A stretch of DNA of 64,000 nucleotides from Bilabrum cf. latius. Its lineage: Eukaryota. Both the position numbers and the translations under genes were made by a program. The notes beneath the pieces were generated by a model. That model did no database searches. It had not been told where the DNA came from and saw nothing but the letters and a program-made list of their open reading frames with translations. Below, in pieces: positions 51,501-64,000 of this stretch; within the stretch, counting starts at the first letter, position 1; each line of letters starts with the position of its first letter. The DNA lies in NCBI GenBank assembly GCA_965178125.1, contig OZ237745.1:620001-684000 (forward strand). The letters run 5' to 3'.

Positions 51501-52133
51501 TGCCACGACATGGACGGCGGTGTGCTAGTCCCTGCCGTTTCAGCCGGAACGGTCGGAGTGCCGACGTCCAGGCACGGGCTTCGCTGCGCTGCGCTGGCCT
51601 TCTTGCAGCACCTGCTTGCCTTTGACTCCATGGGCTGGGTGGCGGGCGACAAGATGCGTCTAAGGATGATTGTGCGCAGCATTGCCGGCGCTTGGGCCCC
51701 GCCGTCATCGCGCAAGCGCGGTCTCGAGGATATCCTGGAGTCGTGTGCTTCCGACGCTGCCCAGCCCGCCGCGATGGCCGGTGGCCGGCGCGGACTGGCC
51801 TCGTACGGCGACCGGTATCTGCTCCCGGTTACCACAGCTATGGTCAAGTGCCTCTCAGGAGACTTGCAGTGGAAGCAAGTCAACCTCATGGTGCTCGAAC
51901 ACTCACATGACGAGCGGCCGGAGGTGCGCGAGCTGGCGATCAGATGCTCTCAGGTGGTGTTCGACGAGGCCGGGACGGATGACGTCATGGTTCTCATCCC
52001 GGAGACGTTGCCGTTTGTGGCCGAGGCCTTGGAGGATGAAGACGAAGCCGTAGAGGACTCGGCCAGGTCTCTGTTCAAGCGGCTTGAGGACCTCAGCGAT
52101 GAGGATCTTGAGGACTTCATCAAGGGGAACTAA
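42540..52133 (+). CDS. UTP10: UTP10/HEATR1 (copy 2); introns 42911-43028 and ~45034-45293
   Basis: Same translation as copy 1 at +27,573. Confidence 0.9.
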
Positions 52134-52294
52134 GTTTCGTGGGTGGTTTGAGTTGAAGTTGACGAATTCTGAAACGATCTTTCAAGGCATCCTTGGATTG
52201 TATTTCAGATTCTGGATTCCAGATCCAGGATCCATGATCATTCAAAACAAGCAATGGTGATACCCATAATGATTGACTGCTTCCAAGCAGCATT

Positions 52295-54325
52295 TTACGC
52301 ACCTTCAAAAGAAGTCACCGTGGACAACATCGGCTCTGCAGTCTCCACAGGTGACACTTTGGCGAGCACAGCCTGCAACAGGCCGTTGCGAGAGTGCACA
52401 AGCTCTGGCGTAGAGCTGTTGGTGATCATGTCGATCGTGTGCCCAGAGCCCACCCCAGGCACCTCGAAAGACACGCGGCCCATACCAGGCGCCGACACGA
52501 CTGCCGACCCGCCACCTTGCCCATCCGGCCCGACAGCGATGGAGGTGTTCTGGTTGCCGTCGAAGGCCAGCAGGGGGATGCTCACCCCGAACCCGACGAT
52601 GGGAGACCCGTCCAGGGCACCGGCTGCCTGAGGCTTAACGACGGAGTGGTCGATCTTGACGCGCCCATCGGTGATCGTGACGGTCTGCTTGGCCGCCACG
52701 CCGTCGTCCAGCAGCACGTACGTCACGTCATACTGCACGAAGCTCGCGTTGTTGACGTTGCCGGGCAGCATGGTCACGGCGTACACGTCGGTGGCGAGCT
52801 TGTCGCCGAGGCACTCGAACCCGGCCAAGGGGCCCTCGGTCCTGCGCGGCGCATCTGCCGACGTCTCTGACGAGTTGAGCTGCCAGCAGGGGCCAACGGC
52901 CAGCCCACCATACTCCTGCTCCGACCCCGCGGTGGGCCCAAGCAGTCCGCTCCCCGCCGGCCCGCTGGCCATCCTCTTTGAGTGCATCCTGGTGACGCCC
53001 GTCGAGTCGTAGTGCGGGTCTGCGCCGGTCTCATGCTCGACGTACGTGCCTGCAGCGTTCGCGAACACCTTGTGGAACCGCGGCAGGTAGAACACGTATC
53101 CCCCGACATCTGCCGGCGCCGCGCACTCAGGGATGCTGTCGTCCGCAAAGAGGAATGCCGTGCTGACCATGGAGGCAGGCAGCAGGTTGTACTGGGCCTA
53201 GTACGAGTAGCTCTGGTAGCCCCACCTGAGGGCAGGATCGAACCGGTTCTTCACGATCTCCATCTCCCCGGCGGGCATGACCCACCTCCGGAGGCTCTCA
53301 AGGGACAGCTAGGAGCCGCGCTTGAACATGCAGGCCAGCTCTGGGTGAGGCTTACCGTCGGGGCTGCCGGAGCCATCCTGCAGCCGAGTGGCCCACATCT
53401 CGTACAAGGCCACCGACACCGCTTCGTTCCACTGGTGCTGGGAGGAGCGCCCCCCTGTGGGAACCTCTCCCAGCGGAGACTGCATCAGGAGCGACATCCA
53501 TGCGCCCCTCCTGCTGAGCTCGGAGAGGTATGCGGCGTGGGACTCGTTGTAGCCGCGGGCAATCATGACGCTGTAGTACTTCCGGGGGAACACGTCGTAT
53601 GGCATGGGGTTGAGTCCGCCGGTGCCGGTGTGGTCCTCGTACATGCCATCTGGGGTAAAGCTCCCTTCGCTGATCTGCTTGTCGAGCTCGGAGCGCCACC
53701 AGGATCCGTTCGAGCTGAGGCCGGCTTGCTCCCTCAGGTATTCGCCCGTAAGTGCGACGATGCCCCAATTGTTGGACTGGTACCCGTGATACGCTTCGAA
53801 CGGCTGAATCTCGCGAAGAAGCGATTCCCACAAGTTCATCGTGGTTTGATTGACGACAGGGCGCAACGCCTCGAGTCCAAGCATTAAAGGCATAACATAA
53901 AAATTGCAATGACCTTGGGCACATCGAATCTGTGCAAGTGCTGAGACTGCGGCAGTGTACGCTCGAATTGAGCTGTCTAAGAGACCTGTACCGTCTGCAC
54001 AAGCCGAGTGCTTGGCCTTGCACAGGGTAGCGCTAGCGAAAGCGTAGCACGGTGTTGAATACTGGATCTCTTCGTGAGCGTACCGGTCAATGATGGTACC
54101 GTTCTCTGCCTAGTATTGCCGAAAGTAATCGACGATTCCAGCGATCCAGTCCAGAGCATCCGATTTGGTCAAGTTTGTGCGGCGGAATGCATCCGGTGTT
54201 GCTGCTGCTAGCTACTGAGCTTGAGCTACAGTGCTCTCATGCGGCCACGCCGGAATAGACTGCCCCACAGCAGATCCAGCGCACAAAGCAGTAAACACCA
54301 CTAGAACTTGAAGAGGCGCCATCAT
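52295..54325 (-). CDS. Secreted protein of unknown function (copy 2)
   Basis: Same translation as 24722-26752 at +27,573. Confidence 0.85.
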
Positions 54326-54704
54326 TCGATTTACACTCAGCTAAGCAGGTACACTTCGACGGCCCTAAAGCTGATTCAGCGCAAATTGCACCGGCAGTGA
54401 ACACTTCTTCGACTGTCCTGGAGCTGATCCAGCGCAAATTGCAGTGAGCGGCACGGAGCACGGTAACGAAGTACACGGTACTGGTCATCTTCAATGAATC
54501 GGATTTCTTCTTCTTTTTTGCTAGATATGCACTGAATTTGTCGCATTCTTAGAAAGATACTACAATCGTGAAGTCATTTAGGGGTGTGACACATACTGAA
54601 AGCGCAGCCCGAGGGCCAGTGACGCTCTCAACCCCGACACATACCTGTCTGGTCTTGGCTGGGCGAGTGCCCCTTGCAGTCAGACCCACACAAGGTGAAT
54701 TTTA

Positions 54705-57700
54705 TCATACCTCCTCTGCATTACTCATGCCAGCTGATACGCTGCCCGCATTGCTCGTCCTGGATGCAGCCGCACCACCCTTCTTGGCAGCTGCCGCTGG
54801 GCTCTGCGTGGAGCGGGCGCAAGAGATCCTGTAGACCAGGAAGGCGACCACAGCGAGCACCACCAACCCGCCGAGCACGCCGACGGCGATGATGCCCGGC
54901 GACACGCCATCGTTATCCTCGTCACCGTCCACATCACCTCCACCATCGCTCGGCTGCGCCTCCGCTATGCGCACTTCCGTGTCGACCTGCTCCGCCTCGA
55001 TCTGCACCGAGGAGACGTCTACCTGCAGACGAGATGCCACCGCGGGAACCTACGCGATGAGGTCGTCCAGCAGCCCGTTGCCCCCACTGGCGGGAGTGCC
55101 GGACACGTAGCCGGTCACGGCCGTGCGAGTCTCCTCCGCCGATGCGGTGACAGGGAAGCGGACGGAGGAGTCCACCTCGATCCCCGACCCACTGCCGGAC
55201 TGGAGCACGCGAGCCCCCGTCGCGGCCTGATCCTCCACGCGGGTGATGGTCACCTCCGATGCCCCTGTCGCTGCCGCTATACTGGCCTTGTATGGCTCGG
55301 CCAGGCTCTCGAGGAACTGCTTCTTGTTGACACCCTGCAGCTTCACGCCCGCCATCTCGACGTACACGCCGATCTGCCGCACCGGCGCGGTACACGTGTT
55401 CGTGCCTGCCGAGCACACGAGTTCGCCATCGCAATTCTCACTGGTCTCGCACGCCAGCCCCTGCGCGCAAAGCCCGCAGCCGATTTCAAGGTCCTCGATG
55501 CCGCAGTCGATGTCCGTCTCGAAGCCGTTGACAATACCGTCGCTGCAGGTGGGCTCGGCGTCCTGCTCGAGCTCCTCGGAGCACACGCCCTGGTCGTCCT
55601 CGAGCCAGCCAGCGTCGCACGAACAGGTAAATACCGCGGGGTCGGACGAGTCGGCTTGGCACACGCCGTTGCCGCACGGCTCGTCAGCACACGGACCTTC
55701 AACCCGGACCTGCCCGCAAAAGTCGCCAAAGAATCTGGACTCTGAGCATGAGCAGACCACGCTCCCGGCATCGCTGACTGCACACTGGGCCCCGTTTTTG
55801 CACGGATTGGGGCTGCAGGGATCCGCTGGTGCTGCTGTCGGGGACGGAGTGGGCGTGGCCTGGGATCCAGCTGGCGAAGGCGAGGGGCTCGCAGCAGCTG
55901 GCGAGCTGGAGCTGGCCGATAGGCTTGGGCTCGCGGAGGGGCTGCTACTCATGGATGGTGAAGACGACGGGCTCGGGTTCAAGCTTGTGCTAGGACTTGG
56001 GCTGGTACTAGGAGTCGGAGAAGTCGACGGGCTCGGGCTCGGGGATGCGGCTCCCACCATCTTGGCAAAAGGCGCCTACCCCGGGTCGGTCATCGAGTAG
56101 ACCAGCTCGACGCACTCCTCCTGGGCCAGTTTTTCGTCACCGACGATTAGGTCACCGTTGTCCAGCCGATGCTGGGACACGTTCAGCTGCAACGTTGCTG
56201 GATTCAGCTTTGAATCCAGTCCAATGCACGAATAGAGACTGATGTTGTAGTCGGTTCGGCCGAGGTCAGCTGCGACCAGTGCGACAAGGCCAGATGCTCC
56301 AGGCACCATCACCGTCTCGAGCACGTCGAACGACAGGTAATTCGAGCTCGTGTCCAAGTTGATCGAGTCCCTCTGGATCTGCGCTTCCTGCCTTCCCAGC
56401 GAGCTCTCGACATACTGCAGGCCGTTGGTGTCGCCCTCCAGGTCGATCGTGTTGGATCGGACCAGCTCTGGCGAGATACAGTCAGCCACGGGTTCCTAGG
56501 TGATCGTCATAGTGTCATTCAAGGTATAGGAGTCGTCACCCGCCTGCGCTTCGCACATATCTCGTACCTATATCCGAGACGTGGACGAGTCGTCCTAGAC
56601 CAAACCGACATGGAACGATGCAGATGATGTGCTGCTATCAGCTGAAACAACGAGGCACATGTAATGCTCCGGATCCCCGAACGAGTGCACCACGAGCATC
56701 ATGTCACTAGTCGCCTCGTACACCGCTGAGTCAACCACGACCAAGTCCAAGGGGGCGGCATAGCTTTGTACGATGTGGATCGTGTCGTTGAAGAAACAAG
56801 CAGACTCAATGGCACTGGTATCATCGGAGACGCCCTCGTACTGCAAGCTGGCAGCATCCAACGCTGGGGCTGCCTGCAGTCCAACCATCCAGTCGCTCTT
56901 GCTGTTGCCCCTGCACTCGGCATCTTGCGAGCTCGTCAGATTGTACGTCTTGAGCGGGACTGCATCAGAGTCTTCAAACACGTTCGTGCATGCATAGTTG
57001 GCCTGCATGCCGTTTGAGCGATGCGGCCCAACGCCATCGATGTCGTACAGCTCTAGTGTGGTCTTTCCATTCGTCATGTCGAAGACCCCTTTGGCGCACA
57101 CCCAGGATTCCTAGCCCAGGGACCCATCGCCAACATCCGTTACATAAAGAATCATCAGCTCCGCAAGAAGGAAACCTGATAATCTCTCTGTGGCGGCGAC
57201 AATGGCCATCGCTTGGCCCTCGGCTGCATTCGCCGTCGAACCGATCCTCACGGTGTCTGCCACCCCGCAGAAAGTGGTCTCGCCGCTTGCAGGTGCGCTT
57301 TCTCCCGCCAAAAAGTTGCCAGATGTGTATGCAACATCTGACAGGAAATCAAACGAGCTAACAAACTCCACGCGGGGGCAGGTTGCTTCGCCATCCGCCA
57401 TGCGGACGTAATCTGACATTCCCTACAGTGGATCGTCTGATTCCGCAGCAGCATGACAATCGTCGAAGGCATTCTCCGGCCTAATGTTCGAAAACGAACC
57501 GTCTTGGCGGAATTTCTAGATGGACCCGTCCGTACTCAATTCAAATACGAAGCAAAAGTATAGCTTGAATTGCTGCACATCAATGCTGCTGACGGCGATC
57601 ACGGTCGTGCTATTAGTACCAAGATCGACCACTGCAGAGTGCTCGATGATATATGGCAGCGACACACCATTCGCAAGCAGGGGAACCATTTCCCCACTCG

Positions 57701-60700
57701 TCATATTAGCACACATGCCAGCCACAGCGTACTCGGGATCGCCGAAAACATCGTACACGCCACCAGCTGCCGCGAGCTCTGGCACCACGCCCTCCTCCCA
57801 CGCAGTGTTCTCGTACGGGTCGCAAGATTCTCCCATGGCTGCGTATGCATCCAAGGCAGCGAACTGGTCTGCACCAGCGCTAGTCCACTCGGCGGTGCAC
57901 GAGTCGATGCCATGAGACACCGAAAACTTGTATGCGGAGCCCACCTGGGCGAAAGACGTCATGTTGCCGTTTGCGTCAAAACCGATCGCCAAGCAAGGGT
58001 AGTACGGGCCACTAAAGTAGTGGTACGCAACCGCAAATACGACGCTTCCGTTCTGTCCAAGGTCCACCGTCGTTGACTTCTGCACCACGTAGAGCTTCTC
58101 ATCCGTGCCGTCATACGTCTTGACGTGGGCATCCCTTGCAAGCACGCAGAGCCCAGGATCGGCAGAGTCCGAAGGATCGTAAATACCGTTAGCTGCCTTG
58201 AGCAACGGGACCATACCGTTCTCCCACACGAGCGGAAATGCTTCGTCACAGGACTTGCCCTCTCCGTCCTCGAGCTCCATGACAAGGTTGGCGCTGGTAC
58301 GAAGCAAGGCGCCAGCCGGGGTGCAGCCCTCGATCGCGAGGGTGATGTTGGTGTAAGTCTCCCGCAGTCCAGCATTGTAGATGCTATACTCGCCATCGTC
58401 GTTTTTCACAATCGACCAGCACTGGAACTTGTCGGAAGCAGAGTCTGAATCTGTGGTGTTGGCGATCGCGAGGGAGATGCTAACGTCAACTGTCTGGGCG
58501 GTCCACAAGAACGGGGTTGACCTCAGCCGTTTGCCAAATTCGATGGAATCAAGCTGTCCGTTCTCGAAGCATGCGTCTTCTGCGCTACCAGCGGAAAACG
58601 CCCCGGTGAAGCCATCGTCCAAGTGGTTGGTCGTCATGGATGCGTTCAAGTTCTCGTTCGGACCACAACCACCAGAGTTGAAAACCGCAGAGACTCCGGC
58701 GCTGCTGTCCAGGTCGAAAGTCATGAGCTCATCGTCGCATGCAGCCTATGATGAGGCGATCGTGTAGCCCAGCGTGGAAGACAAGAAGTAGAAAGTGAGC
58801 ACATCCTGGCCCGTTTCACTCTGATGCAATGTAGTGGGCGAGCAGAAGTAGAACGCCGTGCTCCCAGAGTACGACCCATAGATAAATGCAAAACGGCCAG
58901 TGGAGCCCAGCTGCCTTGATGCCACCACCGTACGCTCGATCGGCTTGGCAGGAAAGTCTCTCGCAATCATTCCATCTGACAAGCAGATTTGGTCCGATCC
59001 CCTGAACGGAATCTCCCAGTCGTACAGACCCCAGTACGGCGCGACCACGTCATCGTTGCTTTGCCAGGTAGCGGTTGTTGGACCCACATAGCAGCTGTTC
59101 GTCGCGCTTGCCGTGTACGTGCCAACAGGCTACAGAAACACCTGGTCACCTGAGCTTGCGACAGCCGCGCAGACCTTCTACATGTCACCTTGCGGGTCTT
59201 GCACCGGACGAATCGGCATTACATTATACATGGTACCGGTTGTATTGCTGCCGTCCAGAACCGTGCACATCCAGCCGTACCTCGCATGTTGGTACGAAAT
59301 GAGTGACATGTTTGAGTTGGGCAGCATGGCACTAGTCACATTCATTACATCCTCGGCGCCATTGGAATCGCGCAGCTGAGCCCGACTGCCCTCGAAACAC
59401 GTCCTGCCTTCAGTGTCTACGAACAGCTCGCCCTCGAAATCTACGCCACGGATCATTGCCCCGCTGTTCCACTGCACGCCGGTGGTGTCGGGGCACGTCG
59501 TGTCATCTGCGAGAGCAAACTCCACCTTGGCCTCTGCAACGGACTGGTCTGCAGGTTGGTTGGCAAGCATGAAGTCACACGTTGCGATGTGCTCGGGTAG
59601 CATATGATCTGCCGCAGAGCCGCTGATGGGATACACTGAGATATCCATTGAGGTTGAGGCAAAGTTGTCCGACTCCACGACAACGCAAGCGAGTGCCTCT
59701 GAGCCAAGAGATCCGTCACCAGCGTTGTTGACCTTTAGCAGCACACCCATAGGCGGAAAGGAGCTGATAACAGCGACAATGCTGCCGGTGGCCTGGTTGC
59801 CTGCCGCCCCGAATGAGTACACGCTCTTATGTAGAGTGCACCAGTGAAGCGGAGCAGTCGAGTTGGAAGTCGCAGCACCGGTTCCAAGGAATGGGTTGGA
59901 CGCTAGAGAGTACTGGGTAGATCTGGTTGTGTTAGGACAGGCCTCTTCCTAAGGGTCGAAGCGCACAAGCTGCATTTCGAGAGTCGCAGTGATCGAAGAA
60001 GAGCCACTTGCGTGAGACTCGCACTTCGAGATGGCCAGTGACTCCGCAGAGTCGCGCTAGAACTTGTACCACTTGGCAGTGTCGTCGCCGCCGTCTGTTC
60101 CAGGGATTTCCTCGATGTAGTTACACAAGTAGTACGTTAAGGTCGTGCCCCAGAACGAAAACTCTTCCGTCGTGATGAGGTACGTGACCGGCTCTGAGCT
60201 ATTGGCGATTGAGCCGCTGAGCAGAACGCTCACTGACTCCGAGCTCATGAGCTCGTGAGTGATGAGCTGGTCTTCAGCGGCACACAGCACCAGACCATCC
60301 TCGCTGTCCTTCGGCTTGTAGGCTTCCCTCATGTACTTGCGGCTGCCGGTTCCCGCGGACCACTCGATCGGGAAGGGCGCATCGCAAGAGCCAGAGCTCG
60401 ACGGGCTCATGCTCAAGAAGACCTACTCAGTCGAGCCGCCGCCCATGTACGCCATCGAGGAGCAGTCGGATATCGCATCTGCGGTGTTGTTGTACGACTC
60501 TTCGACCTGCACAACGTCAATGTGACCGCCATCAGCTTGGCGGAATGCTACACATGCGAATTCGCTGGCCTCCTCTGGAGTGTCCTTGGGAAGCTCGATG
60601 ACTGCCATTGAAACTAGCGGCTCATACTGGTCCTTGCCGTACGGAAACGAGGTGTTTCTGAAGTCAATATTCAACCTGCCGACGAAGGATATGCCAGTCT

Positions 60701-63446
60701 CTTCGATGCAGGCGGCAGTGAAGCCGGCCTTGCTCGACTTGCTGGTAACCTCGTAGAATCCGCGTATTGACTGGGGGGAAGTGGCCCCGAAGATCGAGCT
60801 GCCGGTCATAACAGGCCCGCAATCATTATCGGCCAAGCTGATCTCTCCAAACGGGGCAAGTCCCCACTCTGCTTTTTGGTACAGCTCGGAGCACGCTGCC
60901 TTGGCATCGGCGAGTGAAGAGTGCAGCGAGCTGTCGTACGCGTCTGTCCACACGTTGGCCTTGTCCTGCGGGCCACTCGTTCGCTCTACTACCACGCAGG
61001 CGTACCTAGAAGCCATGCTGTACCCATCTGAGGCTCTCTCATTCTTTCGCATGGCAATCAGCTCCCACTCTGGCGATATGCCATCCGTCGGGTCGCTGCT
61101 ATAGTGTGACTCGGCTCGGAAGCCCTGCAAGTCGTTGCCTGCGTCCAAGGAGTAAAAGCCGACGCCCATGCACATCTGGGCGGTGCCATTCGCCACAGTT
61201 GGACCCCCGGAAGTGAAATCAAACAGGCCCGGCCGCTTGCCCGACTAGAGTCGATCGGAGAATTCGTACACCGTTTTCCGCAAGCATGCGGAGTTGTCCC
61301 CCTGGTATGAATAGCTGCCAACCAGCGACAGCCTTCCAGACTCGGGCCCCTCCCGCGCAGCGAGCTCGCAGATATCGCGCGCCTCGTCCTTGCCGATGGT
61401 GCCGTCCATGTGGTACACCACCCCCTCCGTGGCGTCGCCAGGCTCGTCATGGAACATCACAATACACGTGAGCGAGTCATCATCCTCTGCGTCCTCTTGC
61501 ACCATGAGCATGGTGACATCGAAGCTAGTCAGCTCTGCAGTACCCACTAGGGCCATTGCCTCTTCGTATACGCCATCGCCAGCGCGCAGCTGAACTGACA
61601 GGTTGTGCGTGCATACCGTGCCGTTGGTGCCGTCGTCGAACTGCATGTCGTGCAGGCCGCTGATTGGGGCATTCACAGGCAGCTGCGTCTCCCAAGCAGC
61701 AGACCCGCAAGCTTCATCATTCGCGGCGGGAGTCAGCTCGATGGAGTCGGCAGAGAGGATGCTCCCGTCGAGCACCATGCCCTCGCAGATCTGCACGGCC
61801 TCGAAGGTGCCAGCCGCCGTCGTGGGGTTGGAGTGGTCGAAGCTGGCGCGATACAGCGCGTCCGTGGTCTGGAACAGGCAGTGCCAGGTCAAGTTCTGCC
61901 ATGCAGAATCCATTGCATCGGTGCTGTCCATCCGCTTGGCCAGAACTGCCGTGCCCTGCGTCGTGCCGTTGGCCGATGTGGCCACGAAGGCCTTCGCCTC
62001 CAGGTCCAGCCTCTCTCCCCCGGAATAGGTGATGAAAGCGAACAAGTCCACGTAGCACATCTTGCCCCCGTCGAACGTTTGCACGCCATTCGCGATGGAG
62101 CCGTAGTCGATCCATGACAGGGACCGGTCCTGGAAGCTCGCACAGTCCGACGCGCCGGAAGCCTCCACCAGGACGCTGTCGGGCTCGGCAGGCAGTCCTT
62201 CGGCCCCAGTGAGCACGTCTTGACATTGCTCGTAGGCGATATCTATGCCTTGAGAGGGCCGCCTGATCGTGTAGACGCTGACCTTTCCCTCGCCGTCGCT
62301 CTAAAATGCAGTGCACCCGGCCGCCCACGTTCTGTGGAACGTCACGACGGCAAGCTGGCCGGAGCTAGCGCTCGCTGCGAACGCCTCCGACGACGAGACT
62401 TCGAGCGTAGATGTGTAGTACTCGTCACTGATGCAAGCCGCCAAGCCGCTTGCGCTTTCAACATTGAAGGGGCCGGTGAAATTTTGGAGCGCGCCGGCGC
62501 CTGCCAAAAACTGCACGCTACTGGGGTATTCGTAACCAGACACGCATGCATCGAAGCTGGCAAAGCTCGAGGGGGGTTCCAGCGTGAAGCCAGAGGTGAA
62601 GTCGGTCTGATCGACAGAGTCGTCCTGTAGACCAGCCAAGATTGCACCGCAAGCCGACTGGATACCTTCCGCCCCCGTGCCAGGGGCGGCGAAGAAGCGG
62701 CGTCCCTCCAACTCATCGTTCCTGGTGAGGGCCAGCGAGAGGCAGAAGTACTCCGTGCTGGGGCCAGTGCTGTTATCGTTAGTAGTTGTCGTGGCCATGG
62801 CCGCTCCAAACCAGGAATCGTACGCGAACTCGTCGCCGTCCCTATCGACCGCCTCCCGGTCGATGAACTCGATGTGCGTTGTTGTCAAAGAGTTCAGGAT
62901 CGCGATCCGGTCGTTCTGTACGCAGGCGTGCCCCCAGAAATCGCTAAATTTCACTCTATACGATCCGTCGAAACCAGTTTGCGCGTTGTCAGCGGAGAAA
63001 TCGATGCATGCCGAGGGCGACGGCGAGGTCCTCGAAATGATATTACCGAGGTAGGTTTGCTGCTGCCCCGGCCCGCACGCCGCGATTGTCGTGTCCAGAC
63101 TAGCGGATCGTGCAGATGTTATCTCAGAGACGCCAAGTCCGCCCGGTGCCATGGAGAATGCAAGGCAAGTGTAGCCTTGGGAGGGCTTCTGGTTCTTCGC
63201 GAGGACGTAGGCCGCAGAATCTCCTTGTGCGGAAGCGATCAAGTCGAACTCAGCCATATCTGGGAGAAAGTCGTCGTAGTACTTGAATGATGTTGCATCG
63301 AGACACGCTTTACCTCCATGGCCGCCGGCTGACCAGCCGTAAAGGCCAAAATCAGCACCAAGGTCACCATGATCAGGGGACCACCTCAATATGCTATCCG
63401 CGCGAGCACATACGGCGCAAAGTAGAAGTGCCGTGGCGATTATCAT
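54705..63446 (-). CDS. Giant type I membrane/cell-surface protein, copy 3 (complete)
   Basis: Same as copy 2 at +27,573, with the same TAG positions. Confidence 0.92.
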
Positions 63447-64000
63447 CAGGTTTATCGTTCTGCAGAGGGTGGGAGTCTAAGGTGATTTCAATGGTGCATC
63501 AGGGTCGCACGTGGCGTTTGATTGGCAGCAGAGCGGTCTTTCCCCGAATGCTACACGGCGCTATGCATCACCCAATCGCAAAATATAGACGCAAGTGTCT
63601 TTTTGTGCATAATTTAAGGCTCTCACTCGACTGAAACCGGTTGGTATTGTACACAATGTGAGAAATATATGCTCGATAAACAACGCCTCTGCGGCCACGA
63701 CTTCGAATGTATTGTTCAGTGAGATTTTGTGGTTCCGTTATTAGGTTTACTCGCGCGGCGCCGAATCGGTTTCGGTGCAGATCTAGGTGTACGCAAGATT
63801 AAGCACGCCCGGTGCTAGAAATTAGAGGCTGGGCCTGACACTGCCGTATAATTTGCTCGTTCCGTGCTGTGCCGGGGCAGCACCGCGCAAAAAATGCTGT
63901 CTATGCGCTGTTTGGGCGTGCGACTGGCCCAACACAGCTGCACTGCACTCCGGTTCCGCTAGTCGCCGTCACCTCATCCATCCCACTGCAGTCCTCCATC
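55147..64000. repeat. Tandem segmental repeat unit, copy 3 (partial, runs off the window)
   Basis: Same ORFs at +55,146; carries the copy-2 allele at all nine diagnostic sites it covers. Confidence 0.97.

Larger units (their letters stand above)
27574..55146. repeat. Tandem segmental repeat unit, copy 2
   Basis: Same ORF set as copy 1 at +27,573; near-identical sequence. Confidence 0.98.

Noticed and set aside
1-64000. Recoded phage or viral concatemer (table-15 phage) explaining both the repeat and the TAG usage
   Set aside because: No capsid, terminase, polymerase or integrase genes; the unit has spliceosomal introns and the eukaryote-specific UTP10.

Overview
GC-rich, gene-dense, intron-poor eukaryotic (protist-like) nuclear DNA made of a head-to-tail tandem repeat of a 27,573-bp unit (about 2.3 copies: 1-27573, 27574-55146, 55147-64000). 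Each unit has five protein genes that look fragmented in the standard-code ORF track. The fragments of each gene are in one frame and, apart from two GT-AG introns in UTP10, every internal break is TAG (40 per unit by my count). The true ends are TGA or TAA only. The locus therefore appears to use a non-standard nuclear code with UAG as sense (most likely Gln) and UAA/UGA as stop. Read this way, the unit encodes: (1) a ~2,913-aa type I membrane/surface protein with Cys-containing modules, Ser/Pro linker, EGF domains and a TM helix; (2) a gamma-butyrobetaine-hydroxylase-family Fe(II)/2OG dioxygenase; (3) a PAF-acetylhydrolase-family alpha/beta hydrolase; (4) UTP10/HEATR1; (5) a secreted ~676-aa protein of unknown function with bacterial-looking motifs. 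A ~2-kb spacer (8301-10405) has a short 18-bp tandem repeat, many of the copy-to-copy SNPs and possibly a decayed retroelement. All homology statements are from motif recall, not database searches.
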